A DNA stretch of 64,000 nt from contig CAVSHR010000004.1 of NCBI GenBank assembly GCA_963727625.1, forward strand, positions 1,216,001 to 1,280,000. The letters are read 5' to 3'. Below the pieces are notes generated by a model that was not told where the DNA came from, ran no database searches, and worked only from the letters and a program-made list of their open reading frames with translations. A program made the translations under genes and the position numbers. Shown here piece by piece: positions 38,022 through 48,165 of this stretch; position 1 is the stretch's first letter; each line of letters opens with the position of its first letter. The stretch comes from an uncultured delta proteobacterium. Its GTDB lineage: Bacteria; Desulfobacterota; Binatia; UBA9968.

Positions 38022-39125
38022 CTACAGATAACCGGTCATCAACAAGTCGCCGCCGGATCGGGTAAAACGGCAATTTTTGACAACGATCGCTTGTTTGACC
38101 CGCCGTAGCCCCAATCCATCGATCATCGGCCGGCCGTCGCCACCGAGAATTTTGGGCGCATAGAAAAACAAGACTTTGTCGACAATCTTTGCCTTGAGGG
38201 CGGAGGCCGCGATAGTTCCGCCGCCTTCGATCAAAATGCAGACCACACCCAAACTCGCCAGTCTTCTCAGCAACGGCCGCCACGCCACTTGCCCGCGCTT
38301 GAGCGGCAGGCGCCACACCTGCGCGCCGAGCGCTTTGACGGCTTGTTCCTTGGGCGTAGAAGCACGCGCGCCCGCCGCGACAATCGTCTTTTGCACGTCC
38401 GCTTGATGAAGCACCTGGGCCGCGAGCGAGATGCGCAGGCGACTATCCAAGATTACCCGCCGGGGATTGCGACCGCCGGCGATTCGACAAGTCAATTGCG
38501 GGTCATCCGCTCGCAGCGTGCCGGAGCCAACCAAAACGGCGTCGACTTCGTTGCGCAGCCGATGCACGGCACGGCGCGACCGTTCACCGCTGATCCAGTG
38601 CGAATCTCCGTTCGCCGTGGCAATCCGCCCGTCCAGCGACGCCGCCAATTTGAGCGTCACGAACGGCATACGCCGGGTGATGAATTTCGCAAATTCCTCG
38701 ATCAATTCGCGACATTGTTCTTCAAGCACGCCGACACGAACCTTGACGCCCGCTCGGCGCAGCTGGCGAATGCCGCGCCCCGCGACCAGAGGGTTGGGAT
38801 CCCTCGTCCCGCACACAACTTCGGCGATGCCGGCGCGAATGACCGCGGCCGCGCAGGGCGGCGTGCGGCCATGATGGCTGCACGGTTCGAGAGTGAGGTA
38901 CAGTGTTGCGCCTCGAGCCTTCGCTCCGGCGCCCTTGAGCGCGATGATTTCGGCATGGTCGCCGCCAGCGAATCGATGGTAGCCGCTGCCGACGATCTTG
39001 CCGGCGCGTACGATTACGGCGCCGACCATCGGGTTGGGGCTGGTTCGGCCCGCCGCTCGCCTGGCTAGCCGGCAGGCAATGCGGAGATAATATTCGTCTT
39101 GGGCGTCGCGGCGAGACTCAGCCAA
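38022..39125 (-). CDS. ribD: Bifunctional riboflavin deaminase/reductase
   Basis: PNPMVG, HAE, LEPCSHHGRTPPC and EGGG motifs. Confidence 0.96.
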   Translation of the reverse strand: MAESRRDAQDEYYLRIACRLARRAAGRTSPNPMVGAVIVRAGKIVGSGYHRFAGGDHAEIIALKGAGAKARGATLYLTLEPCSHHGRTPPCAAAVIRAGIAEVVCGTRDPNPLVAGRGIRQLRRAGVKVRVGVLEEQCRELIEEFAKFITRRMPFVTLKLAASLDGRIATANGDSHWISGERSRRAVHRLRNEVDAVLVGSGTLRADDPQLTCRIAGGRNPRRVILDSRLRISLAAQVLHQADVQKTIVAAGARASTPKEQAVKALGAQVWRLPLKRGQVAWRPLLRRLASLGVVCILIEGGGTIAASALKAKIVDKVLFFYAPKILGGDGRPMIDGLGLRRVKQAIVVKNCRFTRSGGDLLMTGYL

Positions 39126-39130
39126 CGATG

Positions 39131-39634
39131 CTATTCCCGTTTCTGCCGCAGCTCGGCGACCTTGGCCGAGGGCGCGCCCTTGCGCTCTTTAAGCAGCTCT
39201 TCAAGCTCGACCATGAACTCGCTAATGTCTTTGAACGAACGGTAAACCGAAGCGAATCGCACGTACGCGACCGGATCGGTGTCATGCAGCTCGCGCATGA
39301 GGGTTTCACCGATCACCGAGCTCGCGATCTCCTTCTCGCCGCGCTCCTGCACCGACCGCTCGATGTGATCGGCGATTGCTTCGATGGTGTTGATGCTCAC
39401 CGGCCGCTTTTCGCAAGCGCGCTTCAGGCCGTTGATGATCTTCATCCGGTCGTAACTCTCGCGCCGCCCGTCCTTTTTAACCACCATAGGCATCATCTCC
39501 TCGACCCGTTCGTAGGTCGTGAAGCGGCGGGTGCAGCGCTCGCATTCGCGCCGGCGCCGGATCATGTTGCTGTCCTTGCTCAAGCGCGAATCGATGACGC
39601 GATTTTGGGTTTCGTGGCAAAAGGGACACTTCAT
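39131..39634 (-). CDS. nrdR: Transcriptional repressor NrdR
   Basis: CPFC...RRRRECERC zinc ribbon, ATP cone, AYVRFASVY. Confidence 0.97.
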   Translation of the reverse strand: MKCPFCHETQNRVIDSRLSKDSNMIRRRRECERCTRRFTTYERVEEMMPMVVKKDGRRESYDRMKIINGLKRACEKRPVSINTIEAIADHIERSVQERGEKEIASSVIGETLMRELHDTDPVAYVRFASVYRSFKDISEFMVELEELLKERKGAPSAKVAELRQKRE

Positions 39635-39691
39635 AACAAATTTCGTACCTACCGGAGCGTCATTCGAAAACGGCGATCGGCAAATCCCAAA

Positions 39692-40945
39692 TTAGTCCTT
39701 CCCCAGCCGGTGGGGGTAGACCGGGAATTGCTTGCACAGCGCGCCGACCTCATCGGCGATGGCGCGAAGCGCCGCATCGTCAGCCACATGATTGAGCGCG
39801 CGGGCGATGAAGTCCGCGATCGCCGCCATTTCATCTTCTTTCATCCCGCGCGTCGTCACCGCCGGCGTGCCGATGCGAATGCCGCTGGTCACGAACGGCG
39901 AGCGGGTGTCGAACGGCACGGCGTTGCGATTAACCGTGATGCACGCCTTATCCAAAGTCTCCTGCGCCGCTTTACCGGTGAGCTCGGATTTGCGTAGATC
40001 GACGAGCATCAAATGATTGTCGGTGCCGTCGGAGGTCAGGCGAAACCCCTTGTCCATTAATCCATGAGCGAGTGTTTGCGCATTTTTCACAATCTGCCGC
40101 TGGTAATCCTTGAAATCGGCGTGTAAGGCCTCTTTGAGCGCTACGGCTTTGGCTGCGATTACATGCATCAACGGCCCGCCCTGCATACCGGGAAAGACCT
40201 TGCTGTCGATCCCTTTGGCGTGCTCCGCTTTGCACAGCACCATGCCGCCGCGCGGGCCGCGCAAAGTCTTATGTGTGGTCGTGGTCACAAAATCCGCGTA
40301 GGGCACCGGGCTCGGATGCAGTCCGGCCGCCACCAAACCGGCGATATGGGCCATGTCGACCATGAGCAGGGCGCCAACTTCATCGGCGATCCGGCGAAAT
40401 CGCGCATAATCGATGATCCGCGGATAGGCGCTGGCACCGGCAACGATCAATTTGGGCCGGTGTTCCTTCGCCAATCGATCGAGTTCATCGTAATCGATGG
40501 TTTCGGTTTTTTCAGCGACACCGTAAGGAATGACTTTGTAAATAAATCCGGAAAAGTTCACCGGACTGCCCATCGACAGATGGCCGCCATGGGCGAGATT
40601 CATGCCGAGATAGGTATCGCCGGGCTTCAAAACGGACAGGTAAACCGTCATGTTCGCCTGTGACCCGGAATGAGGTTGCACGTTGGCGTGATCGGCGCCG
40701 AAAAGCTCTTTGGCCCGGGCAATCGCCAGCGACTCGACGACGTCGACACATTCGCAGCCGCCGTAGTATCGCTTGCCGGGATAGCCCTCGGCGTATTTGT
40801 TGGTCATTACGCTGCCCTGCGCCTCCAGGACCGCTTCGCTCACCACGTTTTCCGAAGCGATCAGCTCGAGGTTGCCCTCCAGCCGGCGAGTCTCATTTTG
40901 AATCGCCGCGAACACCTCGGCATCGGTTTTTTCCAGAAATGTCAT
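39692..40945 (-). CDS. glyA: Serine hydroxymethyltransferase
   Basis: [21 protein letters not shown] and [13 protein letters not shown] motifs. Confidence 0.98.
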   Translation of the reverse strand: MTFLEKTDAEVFAAIQNETRRLEGNLELIASENVVSEAVLEAQGSVMTNKYAEGYPGKRYYGGCECVDVVESLAIARAKELFGADHANVQPHSGSQANMTVYLSVLKPGDTYLGMNLAHGGHLSMGSPVNFSGFIYKVIPYGVAEKTETIDYDELDRLAKEHRPKLIVAGASAYPRIIDYARFRRIADEVGALLMVDMAHIAGLVAAGLHPSPVPYADFVTTTTHKTLRGPRGGMVLCKAEHAKGIDSKVFPGMQGGPLMHVIAAKAVALKEALHADFKDYQRQIVKNAQTLAHGLMDKGFRLTSDGTDNHLMLVDLRKSELTGKAAQETLDKACITVNRNAVPFDTRSPFVTSGIRIGTPAVTTRGMKEDEMAAIADFIARALNHVADDAALRAIADEVGALCKQFPVYPHRLGKD

Positions 40946-40963
40946 CTCAGATCCTTCGTTCGG

Positions 40964-41446
40964 TTACTTTTTCTGCGCTTCGTCTGGGAGCCGAACGCCG
41001 AGATGGGCTTCGACTTGGTTGATCTTATCGATGCGGCGCTGATGCCGCCCCCCGGCAAACGGCGTCACTAACCAAGCCTCGATAATTTGCCGCGCTAAAG
41101 CCTTGTCCGTCTTGGCCCCGCTTAGGACCAGGATGTTAGAGTCGTTGTGTTCTCGGCTCGAGCGCGCGCCATCGACATCTTGGACCAGAGCAGCGCGCAC
41201 CCGGGGGAATTTGTTGGCGATGATCGACATTCCGATCCCGCTCGTGCAAATCAGCACACCGCGCTCGGCTTGACCAGAGGAGACCGACAGGGACACCTCC
41301 TTGCCGAAGTCCGGATAGTCCACCGATTCCCGCCCATGGGTGCCGAAGTCGCGCACCTCGACCCCCATGGAGTTCAGCTCGTTGAGTAAAAAGTCTTTAA
41401 GGTCGACGCCGCCGTGGTCGCAGCCGAAAGCGATCATTTTCTCCAT
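40964..41446 (-). CDS. rpiB: Ribose-5-phosphate isomerase B
   Basis: GCDHGG, DYPD, CTSGIG, REHND and GGRHQRR motifs; start moved to ATG 41446. Confidence 0.95.
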   Translation of the reverse strand: MEKMIAFGCDHGGVDLKDFLLNELNSMGVEVRDFGTHGRESVDYPDFGKEVSLSVSSGQAERGVLICTSGIGMSIIANKFPRVRAALVQDVDGARSSREHNDSNILVLSGAKTDKALARQIIEAWLVTPFAGGRHQRRIDKINQVEAHLGVRLPDEAQKK

Positions 41447-41610
41447 CAACCAACTCGCCAACTTCGTTTGGCAAAATCGCGCCGGAAATAAAAGAAAATC
41501 GCAGGGCCATGGTCGCGACCATCGCTCCCCTGCGATCTGCGAAGTTTTTTGGGGTCGAAGTTTGGCAACCAAACTAACTGCCCCACTCTTATGCAAGGCC
41601 GCGGGAAATC

Positions 41611-41847
41611 TTAGCGATGGGCCTCGATATAGGAAATAACATCCTGGACGGTCTTGATCTTTTCCGCGTCCTCGTCCGAGATCTCCATTTCATATTCTTC
41701 TTCCAGTGCCATCACCAATTCGACAATGTCAAGCGAGTCGGCCCCCAGATCCTCGATAAAGGAGGCTTCCGGTGTTACTTCCTCCGCACTTACTCCGAGT
41801 TGCTCGCACACGATTTCTTTCACTCTGGCCTGAACAGATGCCGCCAT
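41611..41847 (-). CDS. acpP: Acyl carrier protein
   Basis: [19 protein letters not shown] phosphopantetheine site. Confidence 0.97.
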   Translation of the reverse strand: MAASVQARVKEIVCEQLGVSAEEVTPEASFIEDLGADSLDIVELVMALEEEYEMEISDEDAEKIKTVQDVISYIEAHR

Positions 41848-41874
41848 CTTCACGTACCTCCTGCTACAAATTCC

Positions 41875-42618
41875 TCACATGTACAGCCCGCCGTTAATAC
41901 TAAACACCTGACCGGTTAAATATCCCGCTCCCGCCCCAGCCAGAAATACAATCATCTCGGCAACTTCAGCGCAAGTGCCGAAGCGGCCGACGGGAATTGC
42001 CTTAAGAAATTCCTCGCGCAGCTTTTCCGGCAGCTTCGCCGTCATGTCCGATTCGATGAAGCCCGGGGCTACCGCGTTAACCGTCACCCCGCGCGCGGCG
42101 ACTTCTCGCGCAACCGCTTTGGTAAAACCGATGATCCCCGCCTTCGAGGCAGCGTAGAGAGCCTGCCCGACGTTACCCATCTGCCCCACCACCGATGAGA
42201 GATTTATGATCCGCCCATAACGCTGGCGGATCATGTAACGGGATACGACTTTTGTGCAGAGGACCGTACCTTTGAGATTGGTACCGATAACTTGGTCCCA
42301 ATCCGCCGGCTTCATGCGTATCAACAGATTATCGGAAGTTACGCCAGCATTGTTGACGAGAATATCAATTTTTTTGTGGGCGTCAACGATTTTTTTCACG
42401 GCCACGTCGACTTGCTCTTCCACGACGATGTCAAAGGGAAGAAGCTCGCCCTGTCCCCCCAGGGCCACGATCGCCGCCAAGGACTCTTCGGCGGCGCCCT
42501 GATTACCCCGGTAATTAACAATAACGTAAGCACCGGCTTGCCCGAACGCTAGGGCAATCGCCCGGCCAATGCCTCTGCTGGCTCCGGTGACCAAGGCAAT
42601 TTGACCTTCGAGCCTCAT
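41875..42618 (-). CDS. fabG: 3-oxoacyl-ACP reductase
   Basis: TGASRGIG, NNAG, YAASK and APGFI motifs. Confidence 0.95.
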   Translation of the reverse strand: MRLEGQIALVTGASRGIGRAIALAFGQAGAYVIVNYRGNQGAAEESLAAIVALGGQGELLPFDIVVEEQVDVAVKKIVDAHKKIDILVNNAGVTSDNLLIRMKPADWDQVIGTNLKGTVLCTKVVSRYMIRQRYGRIINLSSVVGQMGNVGQALYAASKAGIIGFTKAVAREVAARGVTVNAVAPGFIESDMTAKLPEKLREEFLKAIPVGRFGTCAEVAEMIVFLAGAGAGYLTGQVFSINGGLYM

Positions 42619-42622
42619 AGGT

Positions 42623-43558
42623 TTAAGCCACCGCCAGCTTCGTTAGATCTTGCGGCGTTTCGAAGTTATCCACTTCCATGGTCAGCGCGATGCGCTTGAT
42701 CAGCCCTTTGAGCACTTTGCCCGGACCGATTTCTACCGTGCTGCGGCAACCCAAGGAGGCCAGCCTGCGCACCGACTCCTCCCAGCGAACCGGACAAACC
42801 GCCTGTTCTATTAATAAACTCTTGACGCGCTCGGTGTCGAAATTGACGTCGGCTTCGACGTTCGTGACCACACCGACGTTAAAAGGATGGATTGAAATCT
42901 TACCCAACGCTATTTTCAAGCCGTCTGCGGCCGGCTGCATGAGCTGGCAGTGGAACGGCGCGCTGACCGGCAGATCCAACACACGCTTGGCGCCTCGCTC
43001 CCGAGCCAGAACCATCGCTCGCGCGACGGCGTCCTTCACCCCAGCGATAACGACCTGCCCGCCACCGTTAAAATTGGCCGGCGATACCACATCCCCCTGA
43101 CCCGCCTCGGCACAGAGGTTGACTACCGCGTCCATATCCAGACCGAGCACCACTGCCATCGCGCCTTGGCCAGCTGGAACCGCCTGCTGCATCAAACAGC
43201 CGCGCTCGCGCACGACTTGCACCGCATCACGGAACTCGAGCGCCCCGACGGCGACCAACGCGCTATATTCACCGAGGCTGTGCCCGCCAACAAATGCCGG
43301 ACGCAATGGCGTTTCCGCCTCCAACACGCGCAAGGCGGCGATCGACGCGGTAAGAATCGCCGGCTGAGTGTTTTCGGTCAGTTTGAGATCGGCTTCGGGG
43401 CCGGCGAAGCAAAGCTCGCTCACAGAGAAACCAAGCGTGTCATCGGCTTCGGCAAAAACCTCCCGGGCTGCGCTGAATTGTGCGCAGAGTTCTTTGCCCA
43501 TGCCGACATACTGGGAGCCCTGGCCGGGAAAAACGAATGCAACTCGGCTACTCGTCAC
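42623..43558 (-). CDS. fabD: Malonyl-CoA:ACP transacylase
   Basis: FPGQGSQ, GHSLGE and VSAPFH motifs; GTG 43558 overlaps the end of plsX. Confidence 0.95.
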   Translation of the reverse strand: MTSSRVAFVFPGQGSQYVGMGKELCAQFSAAREVFAEADDTLGFSVSELCFAGPEADLKLTENTQPAILTASIAALRVLEAETPLRPAFVGGHSLGEYSALVAVGALEFRDAVQVVRERGCLMQQAVPAGQGAMAVVLGLDMDAVVNLCAEAGQGDVVSPANFNGGGQVVIAGVKDAVARAMVLARERGAKRVLDLPVSAPFHCQLMQPAADGLKIALGKISIHPFNVGVVTNVEADVNFDTERVKSLLIEQAVCPVRWEESVRRLASLGCRSTVEIGPGKVLKGLIKRIALTMEVDNFETPQDLTKLAVA

Positions 43559-44666
43559 TCTTCCTCCCCTCCTCCGGCTCGCTTTTGGTTTCAGATTTTT
43601 CACCCAGGGATTCGATTTTGGACTTGAAGCGCTCCCACAATTTTCGCGGCAAGCCTTCCGTCTTCAGACCGGCAACGCCCTCCGCTTCGCTCAACGCCTC
43701 GGCGATATGTCGATTCATCTCCTGATCGACGGCGTCGCGCGCCACTCGAATCGCGTTTTTGATTGCCAACGGATTGGAGCCGCCATGGGCGATAATCCCA
43801 ACGCCGTCCAAGCCGATCAACGGTGCACCGCCGTATTCCGCATAGTCCAAGCGGCGGTACGCTTCCGTGAGTGAATTGCGGCTCAACAAATAACCGACCC
43901 GGCTTGGCCAATTCTTTTGAAATGCGCCCTTCAAGACGTCGCTGGCAAAGCTTGCCACCCCTTCCATCGTCTTAAGCGCGATATTTCCGGTAAATCCATC
44001 GCAGACGACCACATCGACCTTGCCGTTGAAGATGTCGCGTCCTTCGACATAACCGATATAATTGAGGGTCGTCCCTGAAAGCAATTCACTCGCGGCCCGG
44101 GTCAAATCATTACCCTTGCTGTCCTCTTCGCCGTTGCTCAGCACGCCTACGCGCGGTCGGTGCACACCCAAAACCCGCTCGGCATAGATCGAGCCCATGA
44201 AGCCGAATTGAGCCAAGTGGCGCGGTTTGCATTCGACGTTGGCACCAGCGTCGACGATCACCGTCCCTTTATCCCGATTGGGCACGACGACGAGAATTGC
44301 CGGGCGGACGACTTGCGCCAAGGTACCCATAACAAACATGCCGATCGCCATCATCGCGCCCGAGTTTCCCGCGCTGACCATAGCGTCGACGTCGCCGCGC
44401 TTCATCAGCTCGAAACCCACCGCCATGGAGGATTCTTTTTTACGCAGCGCCGCGCTCGGCGACTCGTGCATCGGCACGACTTGAGTTGCGGCAACGATGT
44501 CGAATTTCGGCGCGCCGCGATGCTTGGCCAACTCGCCTCTAATGGCATCCTCTTGGCCGACGAGGACCAAGTCGACGCCGAGATCCTGGGCTGCCAGCAA
44601 GACACCCTCGATCACCGCTCGCGGAGCGTGGTCTCCCCCCATCGCGTCGATGGCGATTTTCGGCAT
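43548..44666 (-). CDS. plsX: Phosphate acyltransferase PlsX with a C-terminal extension
   Basis: IAIDAMGGD, SAGNSGA, DAGAN, CDGFTGN and YGGAPL motifs; start moved to ATG 44666. Confidence 0.96.
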   Translation of the reverse strand: MPKIAIDAMGGDHAPRAVIEGVLLAAQDLGVDLVLVGQEDAIRGELAKHRGAPKFDIVAATQVVPMHESPSAALRKKESSMAVGFELMKRGDVDAMVSAGNSGAMMAIGMFVMGTLAQVVRPAILVVVPNRDKGTVIVDAGANVECKPRHLAQFGFMGSIYAERVLGVHRPRVGVLSNGEEDSKGNDLTRAASELLSGTTLNYIGYVEGRDIFNGKVDVVVCDGFTGNIALKTMEGVASFASDVLKGAFQKNWPSRVGYLLSRNSLTEAYRRLDYAEYGGAPLIGLDGVGIIAHGGSNPLAIKNAIRVARDAVDQEMNRHIAEALSEAEGVAGLKTEGLPRKLWERFKSKIESLGEKSETKSEPEEGRKSDE

Positions 44667-44683
44667 ATTTACGGGAAAACTGG

Positions 44684-44866
44684 TTAACTCTCTTGGACTT
44701 GGATCACGGCTCGCCCGCGGTAAAAGCCGCAATGGGCGCAAGCGCGATGCGGCAGCACGGTTTCACCGCAGTTGGAGCAAGTGCTCCACTGCGGCTTGGC
44801 CAGGCCGTCGTGAGAACGGCGTTGATTCTTCACTCGCTTCGAGGTTCTTCGTTTGGGTACCGGCAT
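44684..44866 (-). CDS. rpmF: 50S ribosomal protein L32
   Basis: MPVPKRRTS...RRSH, CxxC...HRACxxCGFY zinc ribbon. Confidence 0.96.
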   Translation of the reverse strand: MPVPKRRTSKRVKNQRRSHDGLAKPQWSTCSNCGETVLPHRACAHCGFYRGRAVIQVQES

Positions 44867-44932
44867 CGGCTCAGACCTAATCTTTCTCCGCGCCTTCGCG
44901 GCCGCAACATTTTTTAAACTAAATTCTTGGAC

Positions 44933-45469
44933 TTAACGGTCGACTTTGAGAGTCCGGAAAAACGCCATGCGCGGATCGCCCGTTGCGGCGGAACAAACAC
45001 AGGGTTCCATGTTAAGATTGGCCCCACATCCGCCACACAGGCCCCGGCAGTCATCGGAACAAAGAGGTCTAGTCGGTAATGCCAGCATCACTTGTTCCAT
45101 GATCAACGGCGTCAAATTGATCTCATCGGTCGAATAAAAACTCAAGCCCAGCTCGTCGGCATGGAGCTCCCCGGCGCCGCGGTCCAACTTAGCCGGGTCG
45201 GGTGTCAAAACAAAATCGAATTTTTTGCTCAAAATAAAACTGTAATTTTCCAAACAACGGCCGCAACAGCCGGTAAAACGCCCGCGAAAATTGCCCCAAA
45301 AAAATAACTCCGAGCCGGAACGATAGTACACAAGCTCCACCTCCAGCAAGGCGGGAAAATTAAAATCCCGGTTCTTGCTCCGGGGGTAGATCTGGTTAAG
45401 TTCCTCAACGCTTTCGGAGAATTTTATCTCTCTGGGAGTTTGAGGAATCTCGTCGACGGAGATTTTCAT
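44933..45469 (-). CDS. yceD: DUF177/YceD family protein
   Basis: CGRCL, LCSDDCRGLCGGCG and DPRM motifs; upstream of rpmF. Confidence 0.92.
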   Translation of the reverse strand: MKISVDEIPQTPREIKFSESVEELNQIYPRSKNRDFNFPALLEVELVYYRSGSELFFWGNFRGRFTGCCGRCLENYSFILSKKFDFVLTPDPAKLDRGAGELHADELGLSFYSTDEINLTPLIMEQVMLALPTRPLCSDDCRGLCGGCGANLNMEPCVCSAATGDPRMAFFRTLKVDR

Positions 45470-45501
45470 CAGCGGTCGTGCGGGCCGTTCAGCGTTCTCT
45501 G

Positions 45502-45529
45502 ACTATAGACAATTCCGCTTCATTGTCAA
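45502..45529 (-). promoter_or_regulatory. Sigma-70 promoter of the yceD-rpmF-plsX operon
   Basis: Minus strand TTGACA-N16-TATAGT. Confidence 0.6.
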
Positions 45530-45685
45530 GTTGAGAGCAATTTGCCAAAGTTGAAAACATCATGATTTATTCGTTACTTCCAAACCCATAGGCAGCGTCG
45601 AAACGGGGTTTTCGAAGGCTTTCGCCAGAGCCTGCGCCGCCTTGAGTATTCCGGTGCTTTTTGTTAACCCTTTTTTGTTTATTCC

Positions 45686-46096
45686 ATGAATTTTCCATGC
45701 TCACTCAACGCCCTGTGGCGCGACAAGCGTTTGATTTCTTTCAATCGCGCTCTCGGCCATGCATTCAGCACCCGGGTCTATAAAATCGGCCTGCGCTTCG
45801 GTTTGCAGGGCGAAAGCCGGAAGGAAATTTTTGCCGCGCCCAAATTTCTCAATCGGCTTGATATCGATGGCGTCAAGCGGCATAACTTGCACGTTGTCAA
45901 CGGCACGGCTCTGGAGAAATATTACCAAGCGAATACGGTTGCTCCGCAATGGTCGATCAATACGCTCGGCATTCACAATGTCATCTTCAAGGCACCCGAA
46001 AGCCGTGACACTTGGCAAGGTCGATTCTTTCCGCACGAACGAGAGAGCCTTATCGAGCAAGCGATGCCCGGTTCGCTCCAAGGAGTGGCGACTTGA
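45686..46096 (+). CDS. Hypothetical protein
   Basis: 136-aa ORF whose TGA stop overlaps the TTG start of the next gene; no recognisable motif. Confidence 0.45.
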   Translation: MNFPCSLNALWRDKRLISFNRALGHAFSTRVYKIGLRFGLQGESRKEIFAAPKFLNRLDIDGVKRHNLHVVNGTALEKYYQANTVAPQWSINTLGIHNVIFKAPESRDTWQGRFFPHERESLIEQAMPGSLQGVAT

Positions 46097-46995
46097 ACGG
46101 TCATATTGGTCTCATCCATTCGATCCTGCCGGCCACGGTGGATCTCCAGGTAAAAATTCCGGAGAGCCATCCGTCAGCGCGCAATCTCGGCTCGGAACGG
46201 GTCGGCTCCGGCACGATCGTCGACCCCGACGGTTATATTTTGACAGTTCATTACGTCACGATCGGCGCCGCCTCTATCACGGTGACCCTGCCTGACGGCG
46301 AGCAATATCCCGCGCAAGTCGCCGCCCAAGACCAAGAGACCGGCCTTTCCCTGGTGAAGGTTGCCGAGCGAGGGTTGCCCTGCCTCAAGTTGGCAGCGCC
46401 CGATTCGGTCGAGCTCGGGCAACCCGTGGTCATGGTCGCGAGCAGCGGCCAAGCGGCGCGCCGCGTCAGTGGCGGTTATGTAACGTCGCTGGAGTGTTAT
46501 GACGGCCAGTGGGAATACATGATCGACAAATCGATCCGAATCACTGCTATCAACCCCGGGTTCGGCGGCGGCACCCTGGCGAATTTCCGAGGTGAATTGA
46601 TCGGCGTGGTGTCGTTGAACCTAAGCGAAGTGGGCAAATTCTCGCTCGCTATTCCGATCGAGTACTATCGAACCTACGAACAAGAACTCAAACACTACGG
46701 CCAGGTTCGCACCCGGCCGCGCCGCCCATGGTTGGGTATTTACCCCCAAGCGATGGCCGGACATGTGGTGATCGGCGGCGTCGTGCCCAACGGTCCAGCC
46801 GCTAAATTCGGCTTGTTGCAAGGCGATATTATTTTAACTGTCGAAAAAATAGAAATCCGCACCCGCGGGGAGCTTTACCAGGAAATGTGGAAGAAGCGCC
46901 CGGGAGAACGGATCTCGTTTCACATACTGCGGGACGATCAGTCTTTTGATCTGGAGGTTGTCGGCGGCGATCGCGCCGACCGTTATCGCTCCTAA
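46093..46995 (+). CDS. Trypsin-like (S1C/HtrA-type) fold plus PDZ protein, catalytic Ser absent
   Basis: GSGTIVDPDGYILT, INPGFGGG in place of GNSGG, C-terminal PDZ (RPWLGI, GPAAKFGL..GDIIL); TTG start after AAGGAG. Confidence 0.85.
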   Translation: MNGHIGLIHSILPATVDLQVKIPESHPSARNLGSERVGSGTIVDPDGYILTVHYVTIGAASITVTLPDGEQYPAQVAAQDQETGLSLVKVAERGLPCLKLAAPDSVELGQPVVMVASSGQAARRVSGGYVTSLECYDGQWEYMIDKSIRITAINPGFGGGTLANFRGELIGVVSLNLSEVGKFSLAIPIEYYRTYEQELKHYGQVRTRPRRPWLGIYPQAMAGHVVIGGVVPNGPAAKFGLLQGDIILTVEKIEIRTRGELYQEMWKKRPGERISFHILRDDQSFDLEVVGGDRADRYRS

Positions 46996-47417
46996 TCGTC
47001 GCCTCCGGCTTTTTTAATTTTACCCTTTCCTGTGACTTTGACAGCGATCGCTGGGGTGTAAGCTTGCGGTTGGTACTTGATCAACGCTTGATCGGTCACT
47101 TCCAAATCGCGCAGCTTGACGTTGGCGCCGTTCTTTTCGATCTTGGTCTTCTCGTCTACGCCCACGACCTCTTGTCGAACCTTGCCCTTGCGCACCAATT
47201 GAAACGTGATCGTTCGCTGGCCCACGGAGCTAATCACCCCTTGGACCTCGACCACCTTGGTCTTGGCGGCTTTCTTACTGGCGGCTTTCGCGGTTGCCGG
47301 CGCCGTTGCCGCCGGCTTCGACGCGGCTTGCTTTTGAACCGAACTGCACGCGACAAAAAGTGAGCTCGCGAAAAAAATCCCGACGAGCACGGCAGCATAT
47401 TTGACTGCACTATTCAT
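46992..47417 (-). CDS. Hypothetical lipoprotein with an OB-like beta domain
   Basis: AGGAGGAG RBS, lipobox FVAC, Ala/Lys linker, beta-rich domain; start moved to ATG 47417. Confidence 0.75.
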   Translation of the reverse strand: MNSAVKYAAVLVGIFFASSLFVACSSVQKQAASKPAATAPATAKAASKKAAKTKVVEVQGVISSVGQRTITFQLVRKGKVRQEVVGVDEKTKIEKNGANVKLRDLEVTDQALIKYQPQAYTPAIAVKVTGKGKIKKAGGDD

Positions 47418-47730
47418 TCTTTCTCCTCCTTGGGGTACTGCAAAAGTGCCTCCGATAGTCTTTGTTGCGATTTCGCTCAAATAAAATTTAGAAGCTTAAA
47501 CCATAATTGACTTTGACTTGTCAAGGCGATGCTCCCAACCGGAAAGATTCACCGAGCTTGAGGTCGTTTTGTGACTGCGTGAGCAGCCTTTGGTTAATCA
47601 CTTGGTCCGCCCGAGCGTGGAAAAAGTTTTTGATGATTGAGCGACGGTGTGAATTTGGCCTAACGTGGGGTGTGACCGGCGGGCGACATGCATTGAGAAA
47701 ATTTCGAAAAGGCCGTACTACTCGCTTACT

Positions 47731-48156
47731 ATGGGAAGCGCGCCGGCAAAGCTCACCAACGTCACCTCGTACCGCGTGATCTATGGCGACACCGACCAGA
47801 TGGGCGTAGTCTATTACGCCAACTATTTGCGCTGGTTCGAAAGGGGCCGCTCGGAGTTTCTGCGCCAGATCGGTTTACCCTATTCAATCGTCGAACGTCA
47901 GGGCGTGCACTTTCCTGTGCTGGAAGTGACCTGTTGTTACACGCAATCCGCCCGCTACGACGACTTGATCGAAATCGCTACCGATTTGGCGGGGATTGGG
48001 CGCGCCTCTTTAACATTCAACTATCGCATCTCGCGCCCGGCTGATCAGTGCATCTTGGCCACCGGAGCCACCAAGCATGCGTCGCTCGATAGCTCGGGCA
48101 GGATCGTGCGAATACCCAAGATCTTGGTCGATGCCATTAGCGCCGCTGGTGGTTGA
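47731..48156 (+). CDS. Acyl-CoA thioesterase, YbgC/4HBT family
   Basis: RVIYGDTDQMGVVYYANYLRWFERGR signature. Confidence 0.92.
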   Translation: MGSAPAKLTNVTSYRVIYGDTDQMGVVYYANYLRWFERGRSEFLRQIGLPYSIVERQGVHFPVLEVTCCYTQSARYDDLIEIATDLAGIGRASLTFNYRISRPADQCILATGATKHASLDSSGRIVRIPKILVDAISAAGG

Positions 48157-48165
48157 GCCGGCAGA

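Noticed and set aside
39118-39135. FMN riboswitch ahead of the rib genes
   Set aside because: ribD starts 5 nt after the nrdR stop, leaving no leader.
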